DNA of 64,000 nt, from assembly GCA_052426225.1 (NCBI GenBank), contig JBNJNM010000010.1, positions 310,001 to 374,000 of the forward strand. The letters run 5' to 3'. Source of the stretch: Zancudomyces culisetae HAW-14-8. Taxonomy: Eukaryota > Fungi > Kickxellomycota. The position numbers were made by a program, and so were the translations under genes. Below, piece by piece: positions 59,124-64,000 of this stretch. Each line of letters begins with the position of its first letter. Position 1 is the first letter of the stretch. Under the pieces are notes generated by a model. That model was not told the origin of the DNA, did not search any database, and worked only from the letters and a program-made list of their open reading frames with translations.

Positions 59124-60740
59124 CTATATCCTAGAATCTCTGGTTTCGTTTTTAATATGTGTCAAAAACTCTATAGGATCAGTTCCTCCAGTGCCCTTTA
59201 TGACATCACCTTCTTCTACAAACCTTGCCAACTTCCCAGGCTTTATACCATTGGTATGAGCAGCCACTACAGACTTTGGCCCTGCTACTTTGCTATCTGC
59301 GCCGCTCACGGCACCACCACTTGCATTTCCAATGATTTGGGCTTTATCTTGTACTGGAGAGGATGTCGCTGATTTTGGTGGAGTAGGGGTAGTGTCAGGA
59401 GCGTTGGAGGCCATAAAACTGTGTCCTTTAGCCTGATTAACGATATACTTCTTTACAATTATCATGTGGTAGTCTCTGAATACCTTTAGATTCGAAATAC
59501 ACTTATTGTAAGCTTTGAGCAATCCGTTTTTCAACTTCAAGTCATCTCCACTAATATTTTTCAGTGATATATCATCAGCAGAAACACGTTCAATTTCGGC
59601 CTGGAACTTTTCATAATCGATTCTTGATACACCATCGGTGTTTATTAGAACAAACTCTCTAATGTGACAAACTTTCCCCATATCCTCGAGAAGGTCTTTA
59701 TGTGTTCCAGGCATATAATCCCTCATTTCCATCAAAAACGGGTTGCCAGGAGGCTTTGGGTATTTTGCCTTCATTTCAGCCTTCATTGTATCAATGTTTT
59801 GAGCCTTATTGCCGTCAGTGGCTCCATTCTCCACACCGACATTGATGGGATAATGGTGTACTCCCAGGGCGATGTCGATCAGCTGGATCGTCGAAGATTG
59901 TGCAGCATTCCCTCCATAAAACTCTTGATATTCAGATTGAGTACCATCAGCCTCGTCCATAACCCCTTCATACTTCACTCCATGCTCCAAACCTGCCTCT
60001 TTCATATTTTTCCACCCTGCCATGTATTGTCTCATTCTCCAGTAAAATACGTAAGGATCACAGTTCTCAAACATTCTTGCCAAAAGTAAACGGAGGTCAT
60101 TTATATGAGTAGACAATTTTTCAAGACCGCTTGTCACAGCACTGACATCACCTTTCGAAATGTCATTTATTATTTTGCCGATGTTTCTTAAAATCGCACC
60201 ACTCTTTGCATCCATTGCCACTGTTACCAAAAAGAACCATGCTTCATCAAATGACCCGGTGAATAGCATACCATGTTTCAAGTTATCGAGACCAATGGGT
60301 CTGTCTTTGTCTATCAAGTTCCAGTTCCATACTACACTAGCCGCATTGGTAAATACTGGCTTGATTCGGAGCTTTTTGGATATGTTCCACCAAGGAACAG
60401 CCAGTGATGCTGGTAAAACTTGCTCAGCCTTCTGGTTAAGACCCCAAATGTAAGCATGTGAGAGAAAGCACAGCACCACATATGCTCTATGCTCCTCCCT
60501 GCGGGTTGCAAGTTTTTCAATAGTAAGCACGGGCATGCTCTTGACCTTATCTCTAAGAACTTTTGCAAGCAAGTACTGACTTATATTGGAGGCAAGCTCT
60601 TCCCATGGCTCGTAATACGGATTTGGAAGCCTAGATAGTGGTTCTTCAGCAGGTATGAATCCCGATTCGAGATTTACCTCGTATTGATCGAGTGTCTTTG
60701 GCAAAAAGCTCCAGTCAATTGTCTCGTTAGTAGCGCTCAT
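59124..60740 (-). CDS. BNA2: Indoleamine 2,3-dioxygenase
   Basis: GFIP, FTGSFDEAWFFLV, CDPYVFYWRMRQYMAGWKN, GGNAAQSS, MRDYMPGTH, heme ligand region FRDYH, GTGGT. Confidence 0.93.
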   Translation of the reverse strand: MSATNETIDWSFLPKTLDQYEVNLESGFIPAEEPLSRLPNPYYEPWEELASNISQYLLAKVLRDKVKSMPVLTIEKLATRREEHRAYVVLCFLSHAYIWGLNQKAEQVLPASLAVPWWNISKKLRIKPVFTNAASVVWNWNLIDKDRPIGLDNLKHGMLFTGSFDEAWFFLVTVAMDAKSGAILRNIGKIINDISKGDVSAVTSGLEKLSTHINDLRLLLARMFENCDPYVFYWRMRQYMAGWKNMKEAGLEHGVKYEGVMDEADGTQSEYQEFYGGNAAQSSTIQLIDIALGVHHYPINVGVENGATDGNKAQNIDTMKAEMKAKYPKPPGNPFLMEMRDYMPGTHKDLLEDMGKVCHIREFVLINTDGVSRIDYEKFQAEIERVSADDISLKNISGDDLKLKNGLLKAYNKCISNLKVFRDYHMIIVKKYIVNQAKGHSFMASNAPDTTPTPPKSATSSPVQDKAQIIGNASGGAVSGADSKVAGPKSVVAAHTNGIKPGKLARFVEEGDVIKGTGGTDPIEFLTHIKNETRDSRI

Positions 60741-61696
60741 TTCTCTTGTACTGTTGTTTTCTTTCTTGTCTTTTAGTTAGTCCAGCCCTTGTGTTCTTTT
60801 TTCGGAGAGAAGTAGTCTAGTAAATCCTTTTGTTGGTAAGCTGTAAAATAGGTCTGTACTCTTAATTGCACCTTTCTCTTTGTGTTTTTTATGTAAAAAA
60901 AATAATTTCCACAATTCTTTGTTGAAAAGTGTGAGGTTCGGGAGATTTCCTCGCTTATATACAACAAGAGGATGTGTGTTCTAGGCTTTAGATATTACTT
61001 TAGAGTACTTTTTTTGCGTGGGAGTCTGGTTCAAAAAGTATAATTTTCCCCTATCTTTAAATCAATCATATCGTACCCGATAAATTGGTGGTGAATATTT
61101 GGTTAGTAATTAATAGCCAATAAAAATTGTCACTTTCTGTGGAAAACATGTATCAGTTTCAAAAAAAATTGACAGCATTTAGGTTTGAAAAGCACCGTGA
61201 GAGTTTGATTTTATTGATAACGAATATTGGGCTACTCATCTTGATAAACTCGAGAAGCAAATGAAAAAGTGTTCAGCTTATTCAGCATCAGTTGGTTAGT
61301 TAAAGATCATATTCAACGGACTTTGCCGTCCTTTCCCAGGCTTCAACTTCGATAAAAATGTATTGTAGTACAAGAAAACGTGTGGCCTAGTCTTGTCTTG
61401 CCTTCAACTAGGGCTTATTTTCTCATTTAAAAAAACCAACCTCTAGGCGAACGGCATGTGCAAATATCATTTGCTGAAATAATGCTATTATAGGAGATTG
61501 CGCAGCTAAAAGAACACAAAATACAATCTTGTGTTTTTAAAATGTTAGGAGAGAGAAAGGGGAGGTTTCAAGTTTACCTCTTGTGAAAGTAGTTAAGTGA
61601 TACCACTACCTGAACAGTATTATTTTAACAAGCATACAAAAATTAATGAAAACAGTTAAAGCCCGCTCCATACTCCCCAGTTATATAATAAAATGA

Positions 61697-62841
61697 TCAA
61701 ATATACTCTACAGTACTTCCGCCAATAGGAATATCCGAAATATAAAACTTGGTAGTGAATTTGCCGCTTGCTTCCTCCTTAAATATGTTCTGGATCTTGT
61801 GGGCAATCTGTTCAAAATTATCTGTCGCCAGAGCGAGGACGGTCGGGCCAGCACCACTCAAGCAGACACCAAGCAATCCAGGTGTATTCTGTGGGTTCAG
61901 GGTATCCACAATTTTCTCTAGCCCAGGTACCAACTGTTTTCTATAAGGCTGGTGTAATTTGTCCTTCATTGCATTGTATATTAAATTCGGATTTGGATTT
62001 TCAGCACCTAAAGCCAGAGTAAGCACAGACAGTCTCTGAAGATTGAAAACCTATTTATCATACCACAGAAATTCATATTTTAGCTAACTGGAAGCTAGAT
62101 TTCAGATTTTCCATAGCCCAACTAATGGTATATAAATAATTGATATTAACTTACAACATCGCTTTTTTCATAGGAGGTTGGTAAAACCGATCGAGCAACA
62201 GATGTGGACAACTCAAACTGTGGGACAACAGTTACTGCCTTGATTTTATCAGAGTATGGTACCCTGACAAAATCTATGGAATCCCCTGAAATACTCTTAT
62301 TCGATCCTTTATTGGCATCCGCTGTTGCAGTATTATCGTCAGAATTACTAGCATGATTAATATAACTCGCTACAATACCACCTACCATTGCAGGTGTAAT
62401 GTTATCCGGATGATTTTCAAACACTAAGCAGTACTTAAGTAGTTCCTCACGTGAAAAACCGAGTTTACCAACCTCATTCGCAAGAATGGCTCCTGCAACG
62501 ATCGCTGCTGCAGAAGAGCCCATTCCTCTACCTAAGGGAATGTTATTCTCAGCAACCACCTTTGTATACTTGGGAAACTTGGAAAATCCGTTCTCTTTGA
62601 GAATGAACAATGCAACGACCAAGATAATGTTCTTCTCGGGTTCTAAAGGCACGGTTGAATTATCCCCAGAGTATTGTATTTCTACATTAAACCCAGGGTT
62701 TTTGGCCGAACTTGGAACCTCTTCGTATAACGATATGTCTAGTTTAAGCAAAATATTTACAGCTAGACCAATAACATCAAATCCAGGCCCCATATTTGCC
62801 GAGGTGGCGGGGACGCGAATCTCAAATCTGTTTCCACTCAT
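61697..62841 (-). CDS. THR1: Homoserine kinase, exons 62841-62155 and 62050-61697
   Basis: VPATSANMGPGFD, GHMP motif IPLGRGMGSSAAA, ENHPDN, DKLHQPYR, LSGAGPT; GT-AG intron 62154-62051. Confidence 0.96.
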
Positions 62842-64000
62842 CTTTACACGTATGATTCCAACTCGCTAGTGTGAAGCCCCAAATTCTATACGATTATACA
62901 CACGTATTAAATGTTAGTACTTGGATTTATGTTTCCACTTGAATCTCAACATAGATTGTTGTCTTTTATTTATGTGTACCTGGTATGAGCAATTTAAATG
63001 AGCTAATTTTAATTTGCAGGAAAAACAAAATACATTCGATAGTTCACTTACTTTTTTACTAGTTAGCTTGTGTTTGTTTTTTCCGGATGAAAAAATGAAA
63101 AAGGTTGAAATATTATAATAATTAAGGGAGAATCTGCTATTTGAGCTTATTTTGGAAGCATTTTTAAATAATCTGCTACTTAGTCATTACTTATCACTCA
63201 AAAAAAAAAAAGAATGTATATAGATTCAGATACAGATTGAGATTGGATCCACATAGTTTATTTTCCAATTACCAAATGGAGGAAAAGTGCTAAAACTATT
63301 GGCTTGCGATTTAGAGGGAGCAGATTGAACCAATTTAAAAAGATGGGCATCAGCGTTAATCTGAGACTTGAGTGACAGTGCAAGGAAAATAGGAAGGGTA
63401 ATGAGGGCTTGGACTGCTGGTCGGTCTACGAGTTATACAATATTCAAATCAATAGTATAGACATCTAATAGCGACAGTATACTATCAAGAAACAGAATGG
63501 TGACATCAGTTAATATATTAGCGGGTGCTTTAACCCAAATGAGAGATGAAGCCTTCTAATTTTTGTACTTTTTTTTGTTGGTTTGTCTAGTTATTGTGTG
63601 AACATGACCAAAAAAGTGGTATTTACCTATAGAAATGTTAAATTTGGACATATCTGGTAAGCTTATCGTAGAGGTACAAAAATAAAGGTGCATTTTCGTA
63701 TTTTAACAAGAAAAAAAGGTATGTATATTTGTTGTGTATAATAATTACTCTGTTTCCACTTTTTTGAAAAGGACTTTAGTTCCAAGCTGTGTTTTAATAA
63801 AAAAGGATACATTTGTGTACTACAGGTGTGCGATCATAAGTACTGGCCACTCGAGTAGCAAGAGTTGACTATTTGGGAGTTAGCTACGGCCAATTTCGTA
63901 AAAACCAATTTTTTCCTCTCAATTTGCTCCATCTTTAAAAATTCAGGTTGCCACACCAGTATTTAATAGAGCACTTAAAGAAGACAAAGCGCTTAGAACA

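Noticed and set aside
5000-64000. Selenoprotein genes, SECIS elements or tRNA-Sec, looked for because some early-diverging fungi including Harpellales encode Sec
   Set aside because: In-frame TGA candidates (about 5643 on the minus strand, about 15760-15790 on the plus strand) lack CxxU, UxxC or GCUG-type contexts. CAGGCTTCAAC at about 61337 does not fold into a tRNA.
1-64000. CRISPR arrays, operons or prokaryotic defence systems
   Set aside because: The sequence is eukaryotic with spliceosomal introns and shows no spaced direct-repeat array. The nuclease-fold ORF at 16241-17044 is explained as RRG7.

Overview
Eukaryotic, AT-rich, intron-containing fungal DNA. Compact genes with short GT-AG introns and the divergent gene set suggest an early-diverging fungus, possibly Zoopagomycota/Harpellales; this taxonomy is inference only. 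Most of the window holds housekeeping genes: GPI7 (5'-truncated), KIN17/RTS2, NXT1, an ECM33-like protein, TTI2, OXR1, RRG7, PRE10, an EF-hand protein, an ankyrin protein, MED31, SEC24, a Cdc11/Nud1-like LRR protein, HCNGP/SAP30BP, a peroxisomal ABCD transporter, BET4, FYV4, GPI8, a pepsin-like protease, TFB1, IDO/BNA2 and THR1. Several multi-exon genes were rebuilt by hand because the ORF track misses or fragments them. The outstanding feature is a complete, apparently very young Ty3/gypsy LTR retrotransposon at 29075-34452. It has identical 418-bp LTRs, a 4-bp GAAC target-site duplication, a single gag-pol ORF, no chromodomain and a non-Met primer-binding site. It ends only 8 bp upstream of a tRNA-Leu(UAG) gene, which suggests an RNA polymerase III/tRNA-targeting element like yeast Ty3 or Dictyostelium DGLT-A in a distant fungal lineage. 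Secondary signals are a candidate structured RNA near 44.6-44.8 kb, an orphan-domain ankyrin protein, and kilobase-scale GC-skew switches inside genes.
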